Shown piece by piece: positions 23,689-37,568 of a stretch of DNA of 64,000 nucleotides. The translations under genes and the position numbers were made by a program. The DNA is taken from assembly GCA_045837725.1 (NCBI GenBank), contig JBEWZL010000038.1, positions 62,001 through 126,000 on the forward strand. The letters run 5' to 3'. Position 1 is the first letter of the stretch, and the number at the start of each line of letters is the position of its first letter. This stretch comes from Vermamoeba vermiformis. Its lineage: Eukaryota. The notes below the pieces were generated by a model. That model saw only the letters and a program-made list of their open reading frames with translations. It made no database searches and was not told the origin of the DNA.

Positions 23689-26600
23689 ATGTCACAATTA
23701 GGTTCCAGCGCCTTCAAAGCGTATTCAGCAGTTAGTCGCACGCAAATGAGTGTCGACAATATGGATGACGAGACATCTTCAATTCAAGTTGATTCGAATC
23801 TGGTAAGAAATTTTCATACTATCCTGACAAACGCTTATATGACGTGTCTTTTAATTCTATTAATTTTTTAATTATCCAATAATATATTTTGCACGATGAA
23901 ATGTAAGAGATACGTCATTTGTAAATAGCCTAAGGCCAAAATAAATTTTTCCACTTTTTGACCTTTTTTTCAATACCAATAATTCGGATAATATTCTATG
24001 GGCATCATCAGCGTATAAAATTAAATAGTAATATATATTCTACGTTAAATTGTTGCAATATTATTCATTTAAGCCCTCCCGCCTCGTGCAACTATTAACA
24101 TTTAAATTTTGTTAATTTTAGGAAGAAGCTTATGACACTATTAGTCAACAAGATGCACGTATCAAACAGCTTGAATTTCAATTGGCGCAAATGAACGCGA
24201 ATTATGAAGAAGTCACAAAATCACTGAAAAAGAAAGGTACGATCCGAAACCAAGATAGAATACTGCAAAATGCATGCTTCTTTATACGTGCACGTGCAAA
24301 TACTTTATTTTGTAGTTAAATTGCAAAATTAACGTTTGTCACTGCAGATCGAGAGCTCAATACAGTAAAACAACAAAAATACGAATTAGAACAAAACTCT
24401 GAAGAGCTAAAAATGAAAGTAGATGAGGTACGATATGACTTTAAGCCGTAGTAACATAATAAGTAGCAAGTACGAGACAATCTCTAAAACATTTTTTTCC
24501 AGGTGCGGATCCACTACGAGAAGGAGTTGCAGCTTAAGCGAGATGAATTTGCAGCGCGAACAGAGCCAAGTTAGCGAGTTAAAACGACAGCGCGACTTGT
24601 TGACGAATGAATCTAAGAAGTTGAACACTATTATTCGTGACCAAGAGGAGCAATATCAACGGAAAAAGGTGCGTGCACTCGGATCTAGATCTAGCTCAAA
24701 AAAATTGACTGAGAGTTTCTATTCCTTAAATAACATTACATATACAATATACTAATGATCTTAAATAGGAAGCACTTGATAAGAAATATTTTGAGATCGA
24801 ACGAGAAAAATCGAAGTTGTCTGAGGAACTGTTGGATCTGCAACTGAATTCTCGAACAGAAAAAAGTGCGTTAGAAGCTAAAATACAAATGTTGCAATCG
24901 CATTGCGAGTACAATCAGAGTACGACTGAGGCATTGAGAAAAGAATTGTCTCGTTACAAGAAGCGAACCTTCGAAGTGATGGACAGCGGTTCGGAAATGG
25001 ACAAATTAAGGCAACAAATTTTTGTTTATGAAGGACAAATTAAGGAGCTGCAAATTAATTTGGCGAAGTATAAGGACAATGAAGTTTTATTGCCTAAAAT
25101 GAAAGGTAAAGATCCGATCGTCAAAACCAAGTATCTTTTGGATCCTTCAATTATTGCTCTATTTAAAAAATGCTAATTAAAATTGTTCAATTAGGCGAGT
25201 TGTCTCAATTTAGCGAGATGGAAAAGAAGCTTAAATACTTCCAACGCGAAAACGAACTTCTGAAAGAACGAGCTCAAAACATTGAAATTTTGCGCGAAGA
25301 AAACAACACGTTGCGCGCTTCTATCGAGAACAAAGATCAAATAATGGCTGATTATCATAAGATGAAGGTATGTATCTTTCAGAAAATTCTAAAAAGTAGA
25401 TCACGCGACGTAGTAGATCAACACAACTTTTTCTATATAGACTGATCAATATTTTTTATAGGCCGAGAATGAAGTTCTTACTCAGTTCAAGCTACAATGG
25501 GAATCAGCTGTTGGCAGTCTTGAGAGATTTCAATCTCCCGAGCACGTGCGCAAGTTTATCGCGGATGTGCAGCGTGAAAACCACATGTTGATTGAGAGCA
25601 AAGGCCGCGCCGAAACGGAACTCAAAGCACTTCAGCTACAGTTCATCGAGAAGGATAAGACTGTAAGATATTGGCCTATAATAGTATTTCCTAATTAAGA
25701 AAACGCTAACCAAACATTAGACCTCGGAACTCAGAGACAAGTTGACCGTTGCGCAAACTGAAGCCAAGGACGCTAAAGAAATGTACTCAAAACAGGACCG
25801 GTACTTGAATCTTCTTATTAAGGAGCGCGATGGTTTGCAGGCATTATTGGTAAGTTCAGATCAGATCGAGATCGTTCTTTAAGGCACCGTACTAACTTGA
25901 TGCTGTAGAAATCTTATGACAAAGAAGAAACATTAGGCAATTACGATAAAGTCAAGAGCGAACGTATCAACGAATTGGAACAAACATTGGCGGCTAAAAA
26001 TAGCCTCTTGGATCAGTTGCAACGCGACTACAAGTCACTTCAAGATCTCAAGTCGAAGATTGAGGAGGACAACAGAAAGCTAGAAAAAGAAGCTGATGAC
26101 CTCGCTGAGCGTGTTCAAGTCTTAGAACAACGTTTAGGCAAAGGAGACTATGATCCTAATACTATCAAAGTAGGTCCCGCACACGTGCTCAATTTTTACA
26201 AAAAATGATTATCGCCATTTCTGCATAGGACCTAATCTAATACTTCACATAGGTCTTGCATTTCCGAGACAATCCAATGAAAATGGCTAAAGAACGAAGA
26301 TTCACTGAACAGATCGTAAGTCAAATCTGGATCATTCATCGATGGTTTACGATAATAACAATATTATAATTACTAGGAAGCGTTAGAAAAAGAAAATGGC
26401 GAGCTAAAAGAGCAGTTAGATATTATTAAGAAGTCGATCCAAAACGCTGGTGCTAATGTCAGCGTGCCTTTGGAAGAAGTCGAGCGGTACAAGCAAGAAA
26501 TCGCCAGAATGAAGCAAGAAAACGATAAATTGCTGAAATCTAATTCTGAACATGATATCAGAATGCAGCGCCTGCAGACAGTAAGTTAGATCCGATCTTC

Positions 26601-26986
26601 TTTGACTCATCCGAGATTCGTTTTCTTAGCGTTTATTTTGCGTTTAATAATGTTAAGGTTACAATTATACTAATATTTTGCGCGAACAGGTAGTGCAGAA
26701 GAAAATCCAAGAGTTCAAAGAGGCCTGCTTTTTGTTGTTCGGCTTTCAAATCGATTTTGACGACAGTCTTGGCCGCAGATACAGATTGTTGTCAATGTAC
26801 GCAGACAAGGAAACGGATTTCTTGTTGTTCCAGTTAGGCAAGAACAGTACCATGAGTATGTTAGAAACGGAGTTATCGAAGACGTTACAACCGCAGATCC
26901 AAATGTATTTGGTCAATTCGCACTCAATTCCTGCATTTTTGAGCGATTTAACTTTATCGCAGTTCAAAAAGCGAAAGAAAATGTAA
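23689..26986 (+). CDS. MAD1: Spindle assembly checkpoint protein MAD1; +1 frameshift at ~24535-24539
   Basis: Long coiled coil; KERDGLQALLKSYD; MAD2-binding KVLHFRDNP; RLQTVVQKKIQEFKEACFLLFGFQID...YRLLSMYA...SIPAFLSDLTL RWD-like C-terminus. Confidence 0.9.
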
Positions 26987-27063
26987 AAAGTAAACGAGAA
27001 GATGAATTTGTAAGCTAATGAACTTCGTGCGAGGAAAGTTAATTATTTTAATTTTTTAAGAGA

Positions 27064-28941
27064 CTATAGATACACTTTGAATACTTCTCCGGCTGACCGA
27101 CACACGGGGCACTTAATATCTTGAATTGTATTCGCGCACTGTTCGCAGATGCACATGTGATGGCACGGAGAAAATACCATGTTGCGTGGTCGTTCAGTGC
27201 ATATTAAACAGTTGCTAGTCTCTGTTCGATCATTAATCTCGTTTTTCACTTTGAATAGGGCTAATTTCAAACTATTTTGAAGGTCTTTCAATTGCTGCAT
27301 GTTTAACGGCTCCAAATTATTTCCTTTAAATCGATCATTTTCTGTTCTAATTGTCTCTATTTCCTTTCTATGCTCTTCTTTTTCTAATGTAAATCTATTC
27401 TTCAATTCTACGACGGTGAGTTCGTTTTTGTCTTTTGAATTTTTTATGGCATCCAGTTCTTTCTTCAACTTCTTATTTTCTTCTTTCAAACTATGTAGTT
27501 CTTCTTTAGCAGTTGATTTTTCGTATTCAATAGTCTTTTGTAACGTTTCATTTTGCTCTTTAGCCTTCTCCAGTTCTTTTTTAAACCGCTCGATGACCTG
27601 TTTCTGGATCTCGATTGACCTCGCTCTTTCCGCTTTCAACTCTGCTATTTCTAATTCTTGTAATTGTGGTACTCTTCTTTTTCTCGTTAATTCGTCTGAA
27701 ACTATGCTGGCGTAGTCAGGAACACGTGCTTGATCCAATACCGTTACGTCGATGATGAGCATTACTGGATCGGGATTTGAAGCCAAAATATACAAGCTCT
27801 TATTTATAATATTTACGGAACGAACCGCATCTATGTTTGGCATGTCACCTACGAGCACATCCGGAATTAGTCTTGTCTTTCTTCAGTATGCAGCCTTTTG
27901 AGTAATTACCTTGTAAATTTACTTCGTGCCATTTCATAGCGTACTCGGGCTCCAATCTTGACTGCCTCAGCTCTTTATCAAAGTCCATGACCCACATCCG
28001 GATCTTTGAGACGTGTTCTTTCGGAGTAGCTTCCATCTCAATGCCAACGATCACGATCCAATTATAATATTTCAAGAAGTATTTGTTCTTAGGCAGATCG
28101 GGAATAACTATCCAATTGTTAGCGAAAGCCGTGAGTTGGATCTTCGATCGAGCGGTATCATACCTTCGATTGGTGATTCTGCATGGAGTGTTGGTCGTTC
28201 TCCTTCATCTGGCTGATATAAATATGCCAGTTTTTTGTCTAAATGATAAGGAGACATAAAATGTCTTGGACATTGAAGGTAAGTTTTCAATGTCAGATTC
28301 GAAAGAGAAGATCAGGTACGCGTCTGCATAGGCAAATTTTTGTCTCTGAGCATCCCATACAACAACTCCAGTTGCATTAATCTCTACCACCCACTCTTTT
28401 GCGGGAATAAAGATGGATTTACGATCATGTGCGTCAAATCCCCAAAGTCGCGAGGATCCAAGGCTGGCTTTGGCACTTGAGGTCAAATCTAATATTTTTG
28501 CCTTGACGGGGTCGATAAAGGCAATTTGCATCTTCGTTGAGTTCGTGTAAAGATGGTCTGTACAATTTATTAAAATTTTCGGATCGGATCGATCTACAAC
28601 TTACCTCCAACGTAATAAATCCTTACGTCATTTGAAGTTAAAATAAAATCCTCTCTTGGTTTGGGTTTTTTATTTGCTTCCCAAATATTAAGCTGTCGCC
28701 AAGCAAATTTTTCTGGTTCGAAGCGAAACAGATCCATTGCTACGGTCATCATGTAAATATTTCCACCGCACTAATATGTAGTAAAATATTATAGTAACTG
28801 CACGTAAGTAAATGTCAACCAAAATCTTACCACGCAGGTTTTGCAACCAGCTAGATTCGACTTCTTCAACAAAGCGATTGACGCATCGTCTGTAGCGCGT
28901 AATGGCCTCCAGTTTGCAACATAATCTATTTTCTCAGTCAT
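27064..28941 (-). CDS. Coiled-coil plus C-terminal C3HC4 RING protein (putative E3 ligase)
   Basis: CLICTERPRNMVFSPCHHMCICEQCA...CPVCR. Introns 28265-28319, 28108-28163 and 27849-27909 join the ORFs in frame. Confidence 0.8.
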
Positions 28942-29065
28942 TGTTGTAATGTTATCACGCAATAAATAAAGTGACACACTGCGGCTAATTCAAAAAAGCC
29001 CGCCAAAATCTCAGTGCTGTTTTTGACCTTCAAATTTTGCCCTTTAATAATTTAATCACAATCCA

Positions 29066-30868
29066 ATGGAAGAGCAAGGGAGTAATCAATGTATATTTAT
29101 TTTATTGCCTCGCGAGATTCAGCTGATTGTAGTTTCGGTGATCGAAGATGTTGACGATCTGCTTTCATTGGTTCAGGTTGCCATGTTCAATCACGTATTA
29201 AATAAGGATGGGTTTATCATACGTGAGGTATGGCTTAGAATAGCAAAACAGTTGCATTGGACCGTTTCAGACACATCCAACGCATGGATCAAGGTAATTT
29301 TCGTACCAGTTAATTTTAAAAATTACATCATTCCCATAGTTTGCAACAAAGTATCGTAGTATCGGATATAGAACTATTAATATCCCATTATAATATTTTA
29401 AAAATGAGATTGAAAATGGATTCGAAGAAATTCACTAATTTTCTTTGTACAGCGGACCGCAAAGAAAGTAGGCAGTGGTCGATATTGTCTCTATTGTGGT
29501 CGTGTTACGCAGGCGAAAATACCGCTGTCTTGGATGGCTGAATATAGCATAAAACGTCGCATCTGTCTTGACTGTTTTACCGGCCGAAAAGGAGTTGATT
29601 TAATTACGAAAAGTAATTATAATATTATTGTTTATATTAATATCATCCCTAATTAACTATTTTCGTAGCCCTTATTCGAGCACGCTTTCCACAACTGCCC
29701 TACAAGAAATTGTCTTTTCTTGAATGGCGCTACGATAGCAATAGAGATGAAGAATATTTATTATCGTAAGAATACTATAATGCTATAATATATCTTATGT
29801 ATATTAATGATTTGGATTCTTAGGCAAGTTGAAAGATTGGCAACAGGAGAATACGTGCCGCCAACGGAATTCAAAACTGCGTTTGAATTACACTACAAAT
29901 CCAATGCAAAACGAATGCCTGCAAATAAGAAAAATAACAATACGAATGGCAACGAGCCTAAGAAAAAATCCTCGAAATTATTGAAGGAATTTGGAGGCAT
30001 CGGATCTAAACCAACTCCCGTTAGCACTAAAATATCACCATTTAATAATATGTTCAAACAAAATAGCAACAATATACAGCCAAACACTACAATCTCGAAT
30101 AATAACAGCGATGAGCGTGAAAACAAGGAACAGAAGGCGCCAATTATAATTGAAGATGAAGACGATGATTTTCAAGCGCCGAAAATTAAGAAATTGCCTG
30201 CTAATATAATACCAAATACTAATGCGCCAAAGAATAAGCCGAAGATCTCAGCAGATTCAATGAAAAAACAACGCAAACGGAAACCAAAAGCTACAGCTCC
30301 AACAAATAATGCTAATTTAATGTCCACATTGGTATCAATTGCAAAAAGTAACGAAGATAAACCAATGCAGAAGGAAGAGAAAGCAAACAGGGACGTGGTT
30401 ATGGCGGATCTGATCGAGGCTACGCAAGAAACGAACATCAATACTTCTGATAGTCTTCAAAGTTCATCCAGTAGTATAACAAGTACTAGCAACGTCTCTG
30501 AGACAAGTATTGGTGCAGATCCAGCGCAACTAATTAAGCCTAAAATTTCGAAGAAAAGATCTGTCAAAACAAAAGCAACTGCCCCGACCAATAACGACCT
30601 GAGCTTATCATCTTCGTTAAAAACGCCGTTTAAGCGACCAAGACGAACAGAAGATCAATCTCCGACTGATGAAAATGGCGTAGCAATTCCGTCGCCAAAG
30701 AAACGCTTGAAAAAGACTAATCCAAGTCCCACAAAGTTAATAAGCAACATTAGTGTTGAAAATATGGAAGATAGTAATCAAAATGTTGCCGCATCCGCTC
30801 AAAATGATGCCCACGCCCCAAGCGAATCTACGGATGAAAAACTTGATCTGCATGTAAATGTGTTGTAA
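29066..30868 (+). CDS. F-box-like protein with CxxC..CxxC motif and long disordered basic tail
   Basis: LLPREIQLIVVS is F-box-like; YCLYC...ICLDC; K/N/S-rich tail with NLS-like PKKRLKK. Confidence 0.6.
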
Positions 30869-31043
30869 ATAGCATTCAAGTACATTATCATGATGGATTC
30901 GTCGAATAGTTTTTAATCGTTCCAAGATCAGATTCACCGAATTTAGACGAAAATAGCGCAACCCCAAAATATCGGCGGTTATTTAATTTCAACAACACCA
31001 AGCAATTATCAAACACAACAACGACTATCTAAGCAACACCATA

Positions 31044-31755
31044 ATGGCCGCTAGTATCACGAAAGAATTGACTAAGGAGGAAGAAAAGCTGATCTCGGCT
31101 GCTTTAAGGTATGGATTCAATTTGCAATTTAAAAATAACATTTAGATCTAATTTTTATCGTTCAGAGGAGATGCTGATGAATTAAACTATCTGCTTGACA
31201 ACGGAGTCTCGATCGACACACGAAGACTTTCGGATGGCTGGACGTTGCTTCACCTGGCTGCTTCGGAGGAGCGCCTTAATATTTTGAAGGTAATGATAAG
31301 GAAAAATATACATTATAATTTAATTTCCGAAGTTACTTAATTTAAATTCAAATTTTTGAAATTTTCGTTTACTGAGCCTCTCTACAGATCCTGGTCGATA
31401 GAAAATATGACGTTCAAACGAAGAATAATTTGGGTGGTATTGCACTCCATAAGGCAGCTGTTAATGGCAAATCCAGAAGTGCCGAATTTTTGATCAACAA
31501 CGGCTCGCCAGTTAATGCTCAAAATAACAACGGATGGACTCCATTGCACGAGACAGCTATTCACAATCACTTAGAATGTGCCAAGTACCTTTTATCACGA
31601 GGTGCAGATAAGAATTTGGCTGACAAGTAAGAATCTTAACGAATCTGTCCTTGTTCTTTCGATATTAACATTTAACGATTAGGTACGGAAAACGCCCTAT
31701 TGATTACGCTACAGAATTTAAACACACTGATATTATCAACTTGCTGAATGAATAA
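31044..31755 (+). CDS. Small ankyrin-repeat protein
   Basis: GWTLLHLAA, GGIALHKAA, GWTPLHETA and GKRPIDYA repeats across four exons. Confidence 0.9.
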
Positions 31756-31802
31756 AAGTTAATTTCGAGCTGCTCGAATTATTAGATCTAAATATGCATT
31801 AC

Positions 31803-31834
31803 GAATTCTGGTGTTTAACCAGACATTAGGAATA
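31803..31834 (+). repeat. ~32-37 bp direct repeat, second copy at 34492-34524
   Basis: GAATTCTGGTGTTTAACC-A-GACATTAGGAATA versus GAATTCTGGTGTTTAACC-GT-GACATTAGGAATA. Confidence 0.85.
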
Positions 31835-31835
31835 T

Positions 31836-33953
31836 TTATTGTTGGAAAATGGCATTTCCGAACGACTCATAAACACTGCTCGAGATTTGAATGTCGGACC
31901 AAAATAGCTCGCGAGGGGCATTGAGCATTGACCAGATTGATAACTGCTTCAATTTTTCATCTGGCATTGTTTTAACAAAATTGAGTAAGCCCAAATAAGG
32001 AATGACAGGTACATGATCTACTATCACAATGGCTCCACTCATTTCCAACTGTCCCCAAGTCTTTGTGCCAACAACCTCTTTTCGATCAACTGGCATGCCA
32101 AGAAGGCAGTTGATTAGTGCCTCTGATGGCAGTGTGTGATAGCTTTCACTGATAGATTTGACACACAGGTCTTGGATATGTGTCCAGTCCCACTCCTCCA
32201 TTGGAATATTCTGATGCTTTTTGTAGTATTCGGCTGCTGCTTCGCACACAAATTGTACGAATCTAGGGAGACCACCACAATCACGTAGTAATTGATTGAA
32301 TGCAGCTGATTTGTGAAAAGCAGGGATGAACTTTTGTCGATGAACCTAAAATTGGTGGTTGGTTTAATCATCTATCTCAGTCACTGCTTTCCTTACCTCT
32401 TCTACCATTGCAATAACGTTCTTGTTAGAGAGTAAGCCAAGAGGAAACTCCTTCAGTTTAAAACTTGACGCCTTAACTTGTTCTGAGAATCCAACATAAG
32501 ATGTTCCTGAAAAAATAGGCATGACGTAGGGCAAATCAGGAGACTTGACACCTGCCAATGCTGTCAGCATATCTTTGACGTAGTTGCTTGGCATCTCTCT
32601 TTCAAAGCACTACAATAGATAGTTTAGAATTAATTTTTTAAGCGGAATTTGTACCTTATTGACCTCATCGATCACCAATATTATGCCGCATTCGTTGTCC
32701 AAATCAAAAACTTTCAAGATCAGTTCAATAGCGAACTCCAATGTCATATGTAAGTGCGTTGAATCGTTTGACAGCTCTGTGCAATAATCTTTCAGTTTCT
32801 TAAATCCAAAGAGCTCGGATTTGAGTATCCGCAGTGCAAGCATAGTATCAGCCGATAAACTCATGTCATAGTTGATAATACTGAAACCATTTGTAAATGG
32901 AACAAAGATCGTGTGCCATTTTTTGATACACGGAAGTGGATCTGTTAACAGTTAATAGGATTGCATAATTGAGTAAATAACTTACTGTCAGCAATTATGT
33001 TTTGTGTCAGTTCATAAAGAAAGCGTGTCTTCCCAATGCCTGGAGCACCATAACAAAATTTGAAAGAGATAGCTTTATTGCCAATCTTTAGTTCGCCTTT
33101 CTCAGTACTTTCGCACATCAACTTTAATAGGCGCAAATGATCTTCGTAATCGTTTCTAATTTCCTCCCGAAGTGATTCGAGCAACTCTGCGCGACCAACG
33201 AGTGGAAAAGACGCACCCACCTCACTCAGGATGAACCTATCTATTGGCTGTCCGAGGATTAGAATGCATGTTTCAACCAAATCAATGGCATAATGTACCT
33301 CAAATAGTCCTCGGGGTCGAGCTTGAGCCAACTGTGCTTGAAAAAACTCTTCTCGAGTAACGCTCAGCACTGCACTTTTCGTCTGCCGAATTGCATCTTC
33401 CATCAACTAAATTAGCTAATCGCTTGTTAATCACTTGCGCTTACCTGGTTCCGCGAGAGATTTCTTCCGTTTTTCGCTCTCCTGCAGTTTTTCGATCACC
33501 GCCCACAACTGATCTGCCGAGCCCCCAGGAAGGCCATAGTCTTCCAGTCTTTTGACATTGGGAATTACCAGGAGAGTAGCCCCCTTAACCTTTGCTTTCT
33601 TCAATACATCCAGATCGTCTTGTTCAAACTTGCATTCTTTTCGCGCCCAAATCGCAACCTGCCTCTGATGCCAATCGGGCTGTGGTAGGATATCTTTAGT
33701 GATATTGTGTCGCGCCCATGCCTCCAGTTGCTCCTCAGGCCACCTATCAACAGGGAGAGTCCAATCAAAAAGCGAATCTGCAGATTTTAGTTTTTTTAAA
33801 ACGATAAACGTGTAAAAGTGCCGTATTTAATTTAATTAGATTTGAATATATTGCATTAAACGATATTTCGAAACATAATTAATTATTTGAGACGAGCAGG
33901 GATTTAATTAAAGACAAAAAGATTCCGCTAACCGATCAGTTACCTCCATCCAT
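31836..33953 (-). CDS. Crinkler-like SAM-domain plus P-loop NTPase protein, apparently C-terminally truncated
   Basis: Exon 1 ATGGATGGAG|GTAACT; SAM-like WHQRQVAIWA...KVKGATLL...LEDYGLPGGSADQL; Walker A GAPGIGKT; Walker B ILVIDEVN; DCGGLPR. Ends shortly after FWSD. Confidence 0.7.
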
Positions 33954-34229
33954 TATCTTATCATATAATAAAGAAATTGTGCTTAAATACTTCTTGCGTG
34001 GTAATAATATCAAACAACAAAGTGGAGATAAAGAGACGTTCAAAAAAAAATGGCGTTTGAAATTTGGTGACTCGAGCTGTTAATAGATCGTCGAGTTTGA
34101 AGTCGATTGAAATGCATATATACATCTAATAATTCGCAATGGTAAACACCGAAGAGCCTCGGTTGTTTGTCTGAAGACAGTTCAAAAAATTATCGAACTC
34201 GAAATAAACCACAACAACCAACAACAGAA

Positions 34230-35215
34230 ATGCAACAACAAGCGGGCATTGCTTTGCCAAGAAATTTGATTCGCGTACCAATGGTACGACAGTCCACTAA
34301 CTACACGTGCGGCGTAGCTTCGTTGATGTCCGTGCTGCAACGTACGTTGTGATTTTCAACCGCTGTCATTTAGTACCACAAAGATACTAATCGTATTAAT
34401 AATGAAATTCTATTTCCTTCTGCTAGAACGAAAATCAGCGGCAGAAATGATTAAATAAGAAATTAAATTTCAATTTAAATTTAATAGATTGGAATTCTGG
34501 TGTTTAACCGTGACATTAGGAATAATTATGGCGTCATTATTAATCAAATATAATTAAGATTGGGCTGTCGAGTATAGAGAAGATCAGCTTGAAGAGGAAC
34601 TTGGATCGACCTACTGCAACTCTGAGTTAGGCACCAATCACTTACGAATCCTTGAATTTGCTAAAGAAAAAGGTATTTGTCCATAAAACGTTGCGATCAA
34701 ATCATGCAGAATCAGTTTAAATGTTTTGACTGCCACATCCACGTTTTAGGTTTTGTAGCTAACAAGCATCTTCACTTGGGACTCGACAATTTGAAAAAAA
34801 TGATCGATTTAGGTAGACCTGTTATTAGTAAGTCCAATCAATATTAAACTTAGAATAAGGATGAACTTACACCGTACACAGTCGCATTGCAAGCGTGGAC
34901 GGAAGATCCAAAAACGGTTAATTGGAAAGAAGACTACGAAGATGGTCATTATGTAGTCGTCATTGGCTACGACGAACAAAATGTGTTCTTCATGGATCCC
35001 AGTACGCTTGGAAATTACGTTTACGTTCCAAATCAAGGTATTAAATACTTAACTTTCCAAATAGTGGTCGTTATTAATATTTACTAGAATTTTTGGACCG
35101 ATGGCACGACGAAGACGGCGACGAGGGGAAAACAAAAGTCATTCAACTTGCGCTTGAGATCTACAAACCAACTCCACCGACCTACAACCCCGAAGTCGCT
35201 TTGAAAATGGACTAA
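34230..35215 (+). CDS. Peptidase C39-like cysteine protease (stand-alone)
   Basis: VRQSTNYTCGVASL (Q...C), DGHYVVVIGYD (H), FFMDP (D), EFLDRW. Confidence 0.85.
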
Positions 35216-35298
35216 TTGTAAACTATTACTTGGTGTTTAATAGATTTATGTAAGATAATAGAAACAACGGGACAAGTTTGGCTTGTCAGATTCGGATC

Positions 35299-37269
35299 TT
35301 ATTTGTCGTTGAAGTTGCTCTTCAATCCTTGCCAGCACTCGTAGTACTTCTCGTCAATGTTGTGTTCTTGAGCCCAAGGTGTGATGTGGAACAAGTAGCT
35401 CGATTCGAACATGAAAGCCATTGTGTCCGGCATCTTAACGGGCTTCAATTCCTGCAGTTCCACGCGTTAATAAGTATGTCCCAATAGCCACCAATAATGA
35501 ATACGACATAGTACTTACAGCCTTAGAGGCACCCTCGAAAGCTTGAGTGTCAGGGCCGTGAGGAGTCATGGCTGAGTGCAACGAGCCACCACCGGGAACG
35601 AAGCCACTCTCACCACCTTGTTTAGCTTCATATTCACCTCTGTGGCATAACATTAGTTCGGCGACCGCAACTACGAATAGCGTGCTAACGACGTACCTGA
35701 TCAAACCCATGTACTCGCTCATGCAGTTGCGGTGGTAGTAAGGAGGTCGGAAGGTGTGTTCGGAGACTTGCCAGCGAGGAGGGAAAATAACAAAATCGGC
35801 CACAGCAGTGCCAGGAGATGTGCTAGGGCAGGTCAACACGGTGAAGATTGAAGGGTCCTATGAGCTCATTAACTACACGTGCTATAGTCTCGGATAGTTG
35901 GACTTACGGGGTGATCAAAAGTGACACTGTTGACGGCGTTGAATCGATCGAGATCGTACTTGTAAGGAGCGTAGTTTCCGTGCCACGCGACGACGTTGAA
36001 CGGCGAGTGATCTTGCTCGCGAACAAACAACGAGCCAATGAACTTGGTCACGACTGTGAAGTGAATGTTTTGTTTGTCTTCGTAGGCAGCCACGGGGTAC
36101 AAAAAGTCACGTGGGTTAGCGAGACCGTTGGCACCGATGGGACCCAAGTCAGGGATCTTGAAGTGATCGTTGTAGACCTCTAACATGTAACCGCGAGAGT
36201 GACCGTCGGGCAAGTTGATTTGGAAGGTAATACCGCGAGGCACAACGCAGATTTCGCCAGGGAACACTTCGAGCATACCAAACTCAGTGCGCATATCGAG
36301 ACGACCCTTTTGAGGCACTACGAAAAAAAGTTGGTCAGATTCGTGAACGAGCCGGGTCATCGAACGGATCAACAGATTTGATACTGGGCGTTTTAACTAA
36401 ATATAATTTGCAACACCTACCGATCAAAAAGTCACCATCGGAGTTATAGAAGCCCTTATTGTCCATATTCTTGTTAGCGGAGTACAGATGCACCGCAACA
36501 CCGGATTTGCTCGCGATATCTCCGGCTCCGCAGAAGGTAATCAAACCTTAACGATACCATTAGATTATACACTCGGAATTGTCTCGTGTACATACCTTCA
36601 ACAAAGTCTGTAGGCTTCTCGGGGTTTTGCAAAGGCATCCATCTGAGTTGGTTGGGATTGGGAATGCAGTTTGAAAAGTTGTTGGTGAAGAGCGGATGCT
36701 CGATTTTCTTATAGGGCAAGTGGCACACTGAAGGTCTAATGCGGTACAACCAGCTAAACGAAACGAGTTAGCTCATCCGCGCCACGTGCAAAACTTGATC
36801 AACGCAACCGGAATAAAATATAAAAACCGGACCAGATTGCAAATAATATATCGGTTTATATCATTATTAATCATATTTAGTGTATCGGTATTAAAGGCGG
36901 TCTTATTTTAGCAAAGGACGCCATTCATGAAAATGTTTTCTGGATCGCAATGCACTCCAAAATTTAATCTCGCGAAGTATAATATTATATAACATATTTA
37001 CATCAATATCCGCTGGTGATTTCAATTAAAATGATTTTTCAAAAATTGAAACGAATTTTCTGAAACAATTTTGCGTACCTTCGCACTTGTGTGGCTCTGG
37101 GCACGGTAAAAGCAGCACCAGAGAGCTGTTCTGCGTAGAGGCCACGAGGGCATACTTGGGGACTGTTTTGACCAATAGGCAAACTGTTGGGCAAAGCCTC
37201 GGTGGAGAAGTGATTGCCGAATCCGGGCTGGTACTGGTACTTTTCGGTTCTTTGCTTTAAGAAAGACAT
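35299..37269 (-). CDS. HGD: Homogentisate 1,2-dioxygenase
   Basis: [81 protein letters not shown]. Confidence 0.97.
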
Positions 37270-37568
37270 TGTTCTATGGTGGTGTACTTGGCTAACTAGT
37301 ATAAATCTAAATGAGCGGAAAGATGTAATTCAGAAAACATAACTTTTGCTTTTCATGAAATTTTCTTTGCCGTCAGAACTAACGCAAATGCCGTACATTT
37401 ATTAGGTATTAGTATTAGGCAGATGGATAGCAATCTGGAGAGCCTTATTCCATCAGATTCTCTTGAAGAGCTGTTTCAAATCTGATCTTTTTTGTTTGCC
37501 GGTCGAGAAAAACTAATTTTTCATAATAACGACGATCAATAAGAGGAATCAAGTGTTTGATCTCAAAA

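Noticed and set aside
27845..28319. Apparent frameshifts and in-frame TGA (readthrough or selenocysteine) in the RING gene
   Set aside because: Fully explained by canonical introns 28265-28319, 28108-28163 and 27849-27909.
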